NCBI RefSeq assembly: GCF_001194135.2
Contig: NC_068985.1
Span: 30,509,516-30,573,515 of the forward strand
Length of the DNA: 64,000 nucleotides
Source of the DNA: Octopus bimaculoides
Lineage: Eukaryota
Direction: 5' to 3'
Of this stretch, positions 27,463-38,989 are shown one piece after another (positions within the stretch are counted from its first letter, which is position 1; the number at the start of each line of letters is the position of its first letter). Made by a program: the position numbers and the translations under genes. A model generated the notes under the pieces. That model searched no databases and was not told the origin of the DNA. It worked only from the letters and a program-made list of their open reading frames with translations.

Positions 27463-28075
27463 TGTAACGGTTGTTGTTAAGGTGTATGTTTCCAGTATGT
27501 AAGATAGAAGAACAGTGATTGAAGTTGTAAAGAGATATTTATTTACTGTTACTTTGTATATATCCAAAACCACGACGGGTTAGTATGCATAACTAGTAAA
27601 CGGGAAAGCATGCGAGGTAAAAAGAGTTAACTTCGGCCGGTATGTGTGTACACGATCTCATAGTAGTATACATAGAGAGATATGTTAATGATACAGAGAA
27701 AAGAAAATGAGTTAGTGAAAGTGAGAGTGGTGGGCCGAAACAACTGCTTCGTTGGTGAATTACCATAGTTGCCCCTTTGTGCCTTTTTCCTTTAGTGACG
27801 GCATTTTGTTCAGCCGGTCAGCCAGACTCAGTTCTCACTGACTGACTTTGCCTTACGAAGTTCTTGTTTGTATAGCTATCCAAAACCATCCAGAAGAATA
27901 GACGTATTGTTGAGAACCACAGATTTCGTTGGCGGTCCGCTATCTCTATTCTAGCTTTTGGTGGCCTAGAAGAGGTTAGAAGGGTCAAGTGGTAATGACA
28001 TTATTCTGCTTAGCGGAGACTTCTGGCAAATGTAACTGCTGTCACTCACAGAAAAACTATTGTTTTACCTTGACA
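27463..28075 (-). mobile_element. Diverged solo-LTR-like element (family L2)
   Basis: Begins TGTAACGG. Shares ATATTTATTTA, ACCACGACGGGT and AGAAGAGG...AGGGTCAAGTGGT with 35301-35832. Right end approximate. Confidence 0.55.
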
Positions 28076-28639
28076 AAAGTGCTGTTGAACTGTTAAGTGA
28101 AATTTGGCTATCGAGGATCGAATCCACGCCATGTCTGTATGAATCACTACATATATATAATGTATGTATACACACATATATATAATGTATGTATGTGTAT
28201 GCACATACGTATGAATGTACCTATGTATGTATGTATGTATGTTTGTATGTATGTATGTATGTATGTGTTTCTCTGAAATAAAGACAACACAACCAATTTA
28301 CTATGAAATGTATTGCTTTCTTTTTTCTTGGCCATTGGATTATCCATTATGACAGAGAAAAAGTATGAATTATTCGGCAATCTCACTGTACTGCTGGTAC
28401 ATATTTTGTAAATTCTGAACAGGTAACATAACAGAGTTTACCTCGTTGAGATTCGAGCTCTGTATTTAGATCTGCAGTTTCTAACTTTTATCCTCACTCT
28501 TATCTGTGACTTACCAATGGAACGTACGTAACATTTCAGAACTTTTCTCCCAGGAATATATCCCTAAGTTACGTACATAATAAAAGTGTTGGAGATTTGT
28601 ATGTCCCCTGTGGTTTATTATCGTTTACTTTTTGCTTAT

Positions 28640-28830
28640 TTCAGTCATTGGAGTGCGGCTATGCTGGGGCACCACTTTGAAGGGTTTTAGTTGAACAAAC
28701 TGAAACCCAGGGCATGCTTTTAAAGCTTGGTGCTTATCCTATCGATCTCTTTTGCCGAATTGCAATGTTACCGAGAGGGAAACAAACCGACACTGGTTGT
28801 CAAGCGGAGTGAGATGGACAAACACAGACA
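28640..28830 (-). mobile_element. SINE family A 3' half
   Basis: Reverse complement of the TGACAACC...GGTGCCCCAGCAT block. Confidence 0.7.
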
Positions 28831-28864
28831 CAAATACACACGTGTGTACATACATACATGCATG

Positions 28865-28981
<117 letters not shown>

Positions 28982-28997
28982 GGTTATGGCCGGTTCA

Positions 28998-29061
28998 TAG
29001 AGTTACCCAAGGTTTCACTTCCATAAAGCGCTTAGCTTTACAATTGTCTCGTCAGACCCTA
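28998..29061 (-). ncRNA. Type I hammerhead ribozyme associated with a Penelope-like element
   Basis: Minus strand: TAGGGT-CTGACGA-G-ACAATTG TAAAGC TAAGC GCTTTA TGGAAGT-GAAA-CC TTG GG-TA|ACTCTA. All core nucleotides are present, stems I-III can form, and the GUA cleavage site lies between 29004 and 29003. Confidence 0.75.
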
Positions 29062-29193
29062 ATGGCCAGTGGCCTATAACGTCTCTTCAAAACGGAAGGA
29101 GAAAAGACCTCGTGGCTAATTTTTTAACACACAAAGAAGAAAATTCAAGCCCAATAGATTACTCCCTTAGACCACAATCCGGAATCCATCCTG

Positions 29194-29825
29194 TCAGCTT
29201 GCGCATCCCAGGTCAAGGGAGTTCATTAATATCCTCGCCCGTTCCGCTATGCACACCTTGCAACATTTGTTCCCGTTGATGTAGGGACCCGATTTTTCTA
29301 GTATCTTCCATGTAGAGTCCCTTCGTCCTTCAGGCGCCACGTGGCTGGCCAAGGACGTGACATAACGTCTTTCCGGGATCCTGAACGAGAATTTGTGTTT
29401 GGAGAGGCGCTGCTTGAAGGTGTTTCCGAAACATCCTATATATTTTCGTATACTGCTGTTAACGTTGCTACTTCTGCTGATGTTGTTGAAGCTGTTATTT
29501 TCGTTGTTGTTGGTGCTGGTGTTGGCATTATTAATGCTGGCTTCAGGGACATCATCGGAGGTGATGTTGACGTTATTGTTGTCGTTGTTGGTTCTGCTAT
29601 AACATCGTCGTTGTTGGAGGTGTTGGCAGCGCTTTAGTGGTTGTTGTTGTTACCATTATTAGCATTATCATAAGCGATGGTGGTGTTGTTATTTCTGCTA
29701 AAGTTGCTGCCGTTACTATTATTAATGCTATTCCTGCTCCTGCAGTCGCTACTGGAAAAGCTGCTGCTGTTGCTGCTATTTAGGGTCAGATACTCCCTCA
29801 GCCTCGTATACGATCTCTTTGTTCT
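29194..29825 (-). mobile_element. Penelope-like element (Neptune-type) GIY-YIG endonuclease fragment with Asn/Ser-rich insertion, frameshifted
   Basis: EIVYEAE ... (N/S-rich) ... RKYIGCFGNTFKQRLSKHKFSFR..RRYVTSLASHV...WKILEKSGPYINGNKCCKVCIAERARIL matches the PLE pattern YIG...FK.R...HK.SF....T.LS.H.W....W.IL...Y....C.LC..EK..IL. Confidence 0.85.
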
Positions 29826-30075
29826 GTTTCTTCAATTCAAATTGTTTTGATGCACCATGACACATTTTACGCCAGGCAGATCGATCTAGGCAATGACTTT
29901 CCCAAGATGTCAAATTAAACTGTAGAAATTTTAGTGATTGCTTCAACTTATCCTTATACCGAAGGATGGGTTTTCCTTTACTTGTTGGTCTTACTATAGA
30001 ATTTTCAGAATGCGATCATCATTCCTTCGAACAACACGTCCTACTCTCTGTACTGAATTCTCAGCAGCATTCTTT
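29826..30075 (-). mobile_element. RTE (BovB-like) LINE C-terminal fragment
   Basis: VGRVVRRNDDRILKIL ... GKPILRYKDKLKQSLK...WESHCLDRSAWRKMCHG..KQFE. Confidence 0.75.
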
Positions 30076-30231
30076 TAAGATTGGAAATATCATATTTTTC
30101 TAAGATTTTGATATTTCATAGCTTATCTTGCCTTTTTATGTTGCAGATATTGAGCAGACAGCACATGTGGAAGGGTTCAAGTTCCTTTATGTCTATAGTA
30201 GAAAGTTCATGCTTCTGTCCTATACAAATGT

Positions 30232-30262
<31 letters not shown>

Positions 30263-30279
30263 TGATAATAATAATAATG

Positions 30280-30790
30280 CTTTCAAATTTTGGCACAAGA
30301 CCAGCAACTTCGAGGGAGGGGTAAGTCAATTACATCGACCCAGTGTCTAACTATCATTCTATCGACCCAGAAAGGATGTGTAGTAACGCATGCGTAGTCA
30401 TCAATATCCAAGTTTGGCGCCGATATTCATTCTCTTTTCTCGCCGGCCGACGAAGAGGTAACACAGGTCCAACAGAGCTCTCTCACATGAGCGTGGTCGT
30501 ATCAAGCTGTCTCTCCAACATTCCAACTCTGGGGACAGCTCACAACAACATTCCGGCGTCTCAGCAACCAGTTTAAGGCTGCCTATTTTCCTCCATAAAT
30601 AAATATTGTTCTGTTGATAGTTCAGAGTTCTGCGTTTCGTTGTTATTTAGAATTTAATATAGGAAAGCGGGTGTACACCTAATGGTGTATAACCACTTTC
30701 CTAAAGATGAAAAGTAAAGTCGACCTCAGAGGAATATGAACTCAGAACACAACGACGGACGAAATGCCCCTAAGAATTCTGCCGGCTCGC
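30280..30790 (-). mobile_element. SINE family B copy split by a solo LTR
   Basis: The SINE text ATCGACCCAGAAAGGATG resumes as AAAAGTAAAGTCGACC after the insertion. Confidence 0.8.
30379..30705 (+). mobile_element. Gypsy-like solo LTR (family L1), 327 bp, 4-bp TSD GATG
   Basis: Starts TGTAG and ends CCTA(A)A (consensus probably CTACA). GATG flanks both sides; internal AATAAA; second copy at 36052-36360. Confidence 0.75.
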
Positions 30791-30829
30791 TGCCTTGATG
30801 ATGATGATGATGATGATATAATAATAATA

Positions 30830-31025
30830 ATCCTTTCTACTATGGCAAAAGGCCTGAAATTTTGTGGGCGGGGACTAGTCAATTACATCGTCTCCAGTGC
30901 GTAACTGGTACTTTATTTATTGACCCCAAAAGGATGAAAGGCAAAGGTGACCTTGGCGGAACTTTCCGCCGAGGTCGACTTTTCCTTTCATCCTTTCGTG
31001 GTCGATAAATTAAGTACCAGTGAAA
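30830..31025. mobile_element. Foldback of two family B SINE halves in inverted orientation
   Basis: 30905-30961 pairs imperfectly with 30964-31020 around a 2-nt loop. Confidence 0.8.
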
Positions 31026-31905
31026 CACTATTGCATTTTAATCTATGGTACAACAGAAATATTAGTCGTCTAAACTTTTACAAAGATATAGGGTTTGGTG
31101 ACTAAGTTCATAGAATAATTTAATTAGATCGTGTAATTACTTTGTGTTGAACGTACAATCAATCGGCCTCTTTACTTTGTGCTCATTTTTTAATGTTATT
31201 GTTGACTTGCTTATTTGGTCGTATGATGAGAGTAATTATGTAATCAGGAACAATTATCTGACGCTGATATGTTTATATCGGAAAATTCTCTGCTACTTGC
31301 TTCCGACATTTACATTATATTTAGTTTGAAAATAAATTGATAAATAGATAGCTAATTTTTTTTCGTTTTTATTTTCGTTTTCTGTTTTCATATCCTTTTG
31401 ATATTTTTAATTCCCCAAAGTAAAAACAGTTTTCACTCCGAGAACCAGCTTTTAACAATTTGACATTTTCATATCCACACGCATTGCTTTTTCTTGTTTT
31501 CTAAATAAAATTCTGAAAAGTGACCTTGACCATGTAGCAATTAAAACCAGCTTAGTGAGTTAAACGAATGAAGTTAGTTGAATGTTACTTGTCTATATAT
31601 ATATATGGGTGCTTCTACGTGGATATTTATTCGTTTTCGATATCCTCATGAGAATTTCTGCTGGCCGAATAGTTAGGGTTGTTGGCAAGAAGCAGTTTGC
31701 GATCCAGCATCATAGTTGCACAGTATTCCAGGCAGAGTCTAAACGGTCCAGGCAATCGATATGCGAATATAAAACGCAGGAAGACGTAGTTCATCAGTGT
31801 GTATGTGTGTGTGTGAAGGGTTTTCATTCAGTTTCCGTCTACTAAAACCGCAAGGCATTTTTGGCCCGGGACAATAATAGACGTAAGTGCAGGAACGAAA
31901 TTTGT

Positions 31906-32145
31906 GGATCTTTTTTAAAACGGGGGCCACATTTTTCATTAACGAAGCACTTTGAAACTTGGAACACTGGTAGAATGTGTCATATAAAACATCTTATTCT
32001 CTTAGTCTTCTTAAAAAAAAAAGAAATCCATAAATTATTCCATGTTAAAGTTGTCGTATTTCTGTAATTTCAACCAATCACTGACGTCCATTCAGCCGAT
32101 ATACATTAAGTGCCGACTACATAAACAAACGATTCTGAAACAATT
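31906..32145. mobile_element. Partial copy of the GG-ended MITE family (rest in gap)
   Basis: Closely matches the reverse complement of 37430-37642. Confidence 0.8.
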
Positions 32146-32644
32146 NNNNNNNNNNNNNNNNNNNNNNNNNNNNNNNNNNNNNNNNNNNNNNNNNNNNNNN
32201 NNNNNNNNNNNNNNNNNNNNNNNNNNNNNNNNNNNNNNNNNNNNNNNNNNNNNNNNNNNNNNNNNNNNNNNNNNNNNNNNNNNNNNNNNNNNNNNNNNNN
32301 NNNNNNNNNNNNNNNNNNNNNNNNNNNNNNNNNNNNNNNNNNNNNNNNNNNNNNNNNNNNNNNNNNNNNNNNNNNNNNNNNNNNNNNNNNNNNNNNNNNN
32401 NNNNNNNNNNNNNNNNNNNNNNNNNNNNNNNNNNNNNNNNNNNNNNNNNNNNNNNNNNNNNNNNNNNNNNNNNNNNNNNNNNNNNNNNNNNNNNNNNNNN
32501 NNNNNNNNNNNNNNNNNNNNNNNNNNNNNNNNNNNNNNNNNNNNNNNNNNNNNNNNNNNNNNNNNNNNNNNNNNNNNNNNNNNNNNNNNNNNNNNNNNNN
32601 NNNNNNNNNNNNNNNNNNNNNNNNNNNNNNNNNNNNNNNNNNNN

Positions 32645-33010
32645 TTTCATCCGTCTCTACGTTCTGAGTTCAAATTCCGACGAGGTTGACATTACTTTTT
32701 ATTCTTTCAGGGTCGATAAAATAAGTTCCTGTTGGACACTGGGGATCGATGTAATCGACTTATCCCCTCCCTGAAATTCCTGGCCTTGTGCCAAAATTTG
32801 AAATCAATATCTAAACAAAACGCGCCGGGTGAAATGCTTAGTGGCATTTCGTCAGTCTTTACGTTCTGAGTTCGAATTCCGCCGGGGTCAACTTTGCCTT
32901 TCACCCTTTCGGGGTCGATAAAATAAGTACTAGTTGAGCACTTGGGTTGATATGCTCGACTTTCCCCCTTCCACAAAGTTGTTGGCCTTGCGCCAAAATT
33001 TGAAACCAAT
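32645..33010 (+). mobile_element. Two tandem family B SINEs
   Basis: Two GAGTTC(A/G)AATTCCG...GGTCGATAAAATAAGT...CCAAAATTTGAAA units, then an (AAT)n/(ATT)n tract. Confidence 0.85.
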
Positions 33011-35300
33011 TGCAAAAGAAACACCTGTTTAATAGTAATAATAATAATAATAATAATTATTATTATTATTATTATATTTGTAGCGTATGGATTTAATTCA
33101 TACGTCGGAGTTACCTATCGTAGCGTACGGATGTAAAGTTACTTGATGTAGATATAGCGATTCTTATTCTGCGTCGGAGTCGCTATACGTAGATGGTCGA
33201 AAGTAGGACGAGACAGCGTAATGACAACACCGAAGAGAAAAGAACCTGATGGGGATGTTCGAGAACAAAGAAATGGATATCCTTTATCTAGCTTAAGCTT
33301 AAAATGACCTGTCCGATTCTACTTACACAAAGAAACTAAGATAAAGGAGATAGGTGACCTCGTAAATCTTCAAGTCCTGAAGTCGAAAAAAGAAAAAAAT
33401 GTATCAAAATTTAGGTTACAGTTTAGATTCTTAACTATGAATCCAGGAAACCAGGTCTTACATATTTGTACATCAATTAAATCAGATAAATCCAAATGTA
33501 ATGTTTCAATTCAGTTCAAAAATGGTTCTACGCTTGATTGTTTTGGCGATGAACTTTTTCAGGAAGATGTCCAAAGCGTTTTCATTGACTCTAAAAATTT
33601 TCTGAGGTGTGCTTTTAGCCCCTGTGCCCCCTGTTCTCGAGCTCATGATAGTAGAAGACACTTACCCAAGGTACTACGCAGTGGGACTGAACCTGCAACA
33701 TGGTTACGAAGCGGGCTTCATAACTAAACAATCATATCGGTGCCTCCACTTTGTGGAATTTTCTTGGACAAGAATAGGAGTAACTATCAGAGACGATTTT
33801 CTTGTAGTTTTTCTCTCAAAATTTATATTTAATGTCATATGATTTTCCCCCTCGAATGGATTGTTTTGATAGTACGTCAAAAAAACAGTCTACATAAGTT
33901 TACATTTAAATTACCGACAAGCTAACAACCTGCAACATCTTATGTGATTCAAAAAACACTCGACTGTTTCCACACAATAGGGTGATTTTGTCTGTAATAT
34001 TATTGATATGTGTATGAAAATTTAATCAGAAAGTTACAATAAGGAGTTCTTTTTAATTACTTTCTTTCGGGATTTTTCATGGGTAAATAACGCGTTGCGG
34101 TGTCGTTACTTTATCTTTCAATATTCTCATACGTAGATTTATGTGGATCTATTCCATTTCAATCACAGATTTTTTAATTAATTTTTTTAAAACTAAACAG
34201 TTTGAAACTTCGTGATTGAGATGGAATAGATCCTATGTGGATCATAGACCCATTTATGTTTCAATGAATATGTTATTTGAATTCATGACCCTAATCATTT
34301 CATTTATGTGAATATATCCTTAAGCTGGATTTACCAATGAGCTATTGTAATTTGAAGATTGTTGCTCTATCCAGTAAACAACCCAGAGGTAATAAAACCT
34401 GAAAGACAGACGTTTTTAACACCTTTCAGTGTGTTTAAAATCACAAACATAATCTTTCATACACGAACAGACAGACACACACGCACACATGCACACTGTA
34501 AGGAAAGGAGTTTAATCTGGGTATAATAGGTAAAAATTAAGTCAAGAAATAAAAGAAGCGATTTATTATATTAATAACCGTATAGTACAATGTACTGAAC
34601 AACCTTATTACTTATACAACGAAAAGATATAGAAAAAAAATTATCAAAGGTAAATATATATTTCCGAAATCTTTTATGCTAATTTAAAGCATAAATGAAT
34701 ATAGTATAGATGGAGATAACGTGACGGGGGTTGGTTCGCCCCGGGTGACACTTCTGTGGGTACAGCTTTCTTATGTATGTTGTATTAGCCTGTATAAGTT
34801 TGGGGCCCCGGGTGCGTGGACTACAAATTGAAGGACTGCGCCAGGCGGTACGCACATCTAACTAAGCCACTGGTTTTAATCAGAGGGTCAGGTGAGAGGA
34901 GAAGGCAACTGAAATGTGAGTGCAAATAGGTCAATGGAAACGAGTATCACAGATTTTGTGTCACTTGTTTAAACCAGAGGTAATAAAAGCTCAAATTGTA
35001 AAAACTTAAATCGCAGAGACATCCATGACTAACATGCTCTGAATACGCGCAATATCTAATATTTTTGGATTCTCTATATAATTGTTCGACCAACTAGGAA
35101 GAACAACCAAATCTCCATTAAAACTACACCCTACTATGAAAAGGGAAGGACACATTGAACAATATAGTGCCTGATATGTGAATAATACTCCAATTACTCA
35201 TCACTTGTACCTTAAAGTGGATCAGTAACTGATTAGCGCTCAAATATCCTCTAATCTTGAAAAAGGAAGCTTAGTTGTTATTAAGTTTGGTAATATTATA

Positions 35301-35832
35301 TGTAACGGTTATAGGATTGCACGATGAAGATCAATTTTTATAAGAAAATATTTATTTATGCCGTTACATTCTAGGTTGCCATACCACGACGGGTAGGCCA
35401 GTGTAATAGTATATAAAACATGCAAGGTTGAGAATGTAGGCCTGTATCTGTATGTTCCTTCTTTTATAGCAGTAATTGTATAGAGGGAGAGATGGTAGGG
35501 TTATAATGTTGGCGCCGTTGTCTGACAGTGGCTGACAGTAAAGTTATTTCTCCCTCTGCCAAGTTGTAGCTGATCAGCCAGGCATCTTTCTCCATAAGAC
35601 GTCAAGTGACCACTGGTCACTAGAAAGTGAAAAGAGGAAGTTTTCTTGAAGTGTCCTGTTTATATAGCCATGAAGCAGGGCAGTGAGTGCAAAGGATTTA
35701 GCTTGTTTACCTCAATTCTAGATGGAGCAGAAGAGGTCAGAAAAGGGTCAAGTGGTGGAGACCGCTTCGGCCTAGCTATTCAAATATGGGTAAAGTGGAT
35801 CTAATCCACTTCACGCCTGCCAGGTTCCTATA
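35301..35832 (-). mobile_element. Solo LTR (family L2), about 530 bp, probable TATA TSD
   Basis: Minus strand reads T(A)TAGGAACC...TATATAAA...AATAAA...GTTACA; TATA flanks both ends. Confidence 0.6.
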
Positions 35833-36051
35833 TATATATATGAAATGCGAGGCTTAGCATTTTGTCTTGTGTACATATTTGTCCATACAAACTGTGTGCT
35901 GTGAAATTTTGTTACTTGATACTTCTAAATATTTCAACGATTTTTAAAATACAATTCCTACTCATATTCAATTATAAAAATATTTATTTAAACATCGAAT
36001 GGCTATGTGGGTCAAGTAAAGTAAAACAGGAATCAAAGGGGTCCATAGGCA

Positions 36052-36360
36052 TATAGGAAAGTGGTTATACACCATTAGGTGTACACCTGCTTTTCTATAT
36101 TAAATTCTAAATAATAACGGAACGCAGAACTCTGAACTATCAACACAACAATATTTATTTATGGAGGAAAATAGGCAGCTTTAATCTTGGTTGCTGAGAC
36201 GCCGGAATGTTGTTGTGAGCTGTCGCCAGAGTTGGAATGTTGGAGAGACAGCTTGACATGACCATGCTCATGGCCGCCCGGCCGGGAAAAAAGAGAGAAT
36301 CAGGGCGCCAAACTTGGATATTGATGACTACGCATGCGCACGAGACAAGGCGTTACTACA
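36052..36360 (-). mobile_element. Gypsy-like solo LTR (family L1), 309 bp, 4-bp TSD GGCA
   Basis: Inverted homolog of 30379-30705; GGCA at 36048-36051 and 36361-36364. Confidence 0.8.
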
Positions 36361-36979
36361 GGCACAAAAAAAAATGGTTCATAATCACTGCTTTAGAGGA
36401 TGTTACTGAGATCTCTCTTCATGAAAGCCTGACACAAAAAATTTAAGTTATGTGTGTAGAAGGTTAAGGAAGAGTGAAATGTATCAGAGCGCATATTGGT
36501 AGATATTGCATACTGCTCTAAAGTGTGTCTAGAGCCATCTTGCTGGAGAAACTGTCTTGATGAAGGTGTCACGAGTAGTCAGCGTAGAACTAATAGAGCA
36601 ATGGTTAAAAGTACCTGAGGATTTTATAGGAAAAGATTGTATAGCGATAGATGTCAGGTAACAATCAAAGAATTCGATAGAGAACATGACGACAGTAATG
36701 GCTGGGTTAAAGGCTTAGTTTATATGTGGGGGAAATAATTTCGGGAATCGGTGCGTCTGTAACGTGTATAGTTGAAGATAGAAAACTTTATTTATACACA
36801 AGCAATGTGGGAAAAATGCGGAAATAAAAAGAAGGCTGTGTGCATGCAAGTTGCCGGAGATGATAACGTCGGCGAGACGAAGGGATTAGAACGTTGTTGC
36901 TCGATCTGCTACAAATAGCAGCCAAACCCCCTTCAAATTAGACCATATTCTCGCAAAAGCATCAACGAAAAAAAATACG

Positions 36980-37642
36980 GGATCTAGTTCAAAACGGGGG
37001 CACCAGTTTTCATTTATGTTTTATGTAGTGTTTTTGGTACCGAAAGACTTTCAAACTTCGTATACTTATCTATTTTGTGTTATAGAACAGAAAAAATTTT
37101 TTGTATTCGGAGTTATTTCATGTAAAAAATTGTCTTATTTCGATAATTTCAACCAATCACTGACAAGTATTCAGCTGTTTACACTTACTCCATTTATAAT
37201 TTCGTTAACATCTGCCTGAACTGTATGTGTACAACATTTGCTTTTTTCATTTTCTTTCACGCGTGTTTATTTCGTTAACATCTGCCTGAACTGTATGAAA
37301 GGTTTATTAGCTACTGCCTAACCCTAACCCTAACCCTAACCCTACTGCCAATATGCTTCAACCATTTTTTGACAAGGAAATAATAATTTTATCACCGCCA
37401 TAGTCGTTTGAGAATCGTTTGTTTACGTAGTCAGCACTTACTGTATTCGACTGAATGGACGTCAGTCATTGGTTGAAATTACAGAAATACGACAACTTTA
37501 ACATGAAATAACTTGCGATGTACGTTTTTTTGTTAAGAAGACTAAGAGAAAAAGATGTTTTATATGACACATTCTACCAGTGTCCCAAGTTTCAAAGTGT
37601 TTCGTTAAGAAAATACTGGTGCCCCCGTTTTGAACTAGATCC
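36980..37642. mobile_element. Non-autonomous DNA transposon (MITE) with GG-initiated TIRs and a probable 8-bp TSD; Merlin- or Mutator-like
   Basis: Perfect TIR GGATCTAGTTCAAAACGGGGGCACCAG with longer imperfect subterminal inversion. Flanks are AAAATACG and AAAATACT. No ORF. Confidence 0.75.
37317..37344. repeat. Interstitial telomeric repeat (CCCTAA)~4.5 inside the MITE
   Basis: CCTAACCCTAACCCTAACCCTAACCCTA, flanked by the direct repeat CTACTGCC. Confidence 0.9.
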
Positions 37643-37879
37643 AAAATACTTCACTGTTTGCAAATAAGGCGGAATGGTTACGGTTGGAATGTCTTTGATC
37701 ATAAATCTACCTGATCAGCACTGATTTAGGGTTACAACAGCTTCAAAGAACTATCAGTTAAGATAGAGATTCTAATTGAACTTACAGAAACGAGGCTTTA
37801 TCAAAGCAAGTGGTAAGGAGAGTAGATTTTTTAGAAAAGTACAGATACTACCACTTTTCAGAAAGAAGTTGAAATATAG

Positions 37880-38172
37880 AGTGTGACCCATCCATTCACG
37901 GACCGGGCTGTGTGTTGTATCCTTAAGCAAGACACTTTATTTCACGTTGCTTCAGTTCACTCAGCTGTATAAATGAGTTGCGACATCACTGGCGCCAAGC
38001 TGTATCGGCCTTTGCCTTTCCCTTGGATAACATCAGTGGCATGGCAAGGGGAAGGCTGGTATGCATGGGCGACTGTTGATCTTCCATAAACAACCTTGCC
38101 TGGACTTGTGCCTTGGAGAGGAACTTTCTAGGTACAATCCCATGGCCATTCGTAACCGAAGGAGGTCTTTAT
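37880..38172 (+). mobile_element. SINE family C body (central-domain type)
   Basis: CCTTAAGCAAGACACTTTA...GTTCACTCAGCTGTA resembles conserved SINE central domains; recognised from recall. Confidence 0.55.
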
Positions 38173-38989
38173 CGTTTATCCTTTAAACAATGCAAGATAT
38201 TTTTTACATGACTTAGAGGAGGAAGAACAGCACACATTATATTGTTTTAGAACCTCAGAGGAAGTTATCCTCAGATAATATTGCTGGTCCTAATACCTGA
38301 AACAGAGTGTACTCTGCTGAAAATACCCAGGTACCAAATAGTAATGTTAAACCGAGCATTTAAATGTAGGAATGGTTGCTCTGAAGGAATTCTACACAAT
38401 TTTCATCAACCCAATTTCACTCACAAGGCTGTGGTTGAAAACACTTAAGGTTCCACACACTGGTATCGACCCTGAAACAATGTCGTTGCGAAGCAAACTT
38501 CTTGACTACACAACATTGTCTAAACTCTGAACGGGAAAGAAACATAGCTCGTGTGAGTGAGTTGTTGTGGCTGTTAGCTCAAACTGAATAAATTTACTAT
38601 CAAAAACGTTCCAGGTATGACCAACCCATCTTTTTGCTTATCGGGAATTCCATTGTTTGTACCCTCTTTATTTGGACTGAGGGAGATTTTGCTAATATTT
38701 TGGCAGATCGAGAAACCCGTGAACAGAATCTCTTGCTGATATTGAATATAATCAAGGCAGGACCCAAAGAAGCGTACAGAATTAAGTGTTTTACAGTGTA
38801 AAGTTGCCAACTGAATTAGTTTGAAAGGAAAGCATTTTTGTCCCCCTTAAGACTTGTATGAAGATTGTGGATACTTAAGCTTTAATAGCCCCCACCACTA
38901 GTAAGTCATCATTTTTAACCACAGAACATGTAATAAAGGACTTTTGCTTTTAAAATACCCGTGGAGATCTAGCTTGACCCTGCCTGCGA

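Noticed and set aside
29341-29637. Hydrophobic + strand ORFs suggesting a membrane protein
   Set aside because: They are the antisense of the Asn/Ser-rich PLE linker.
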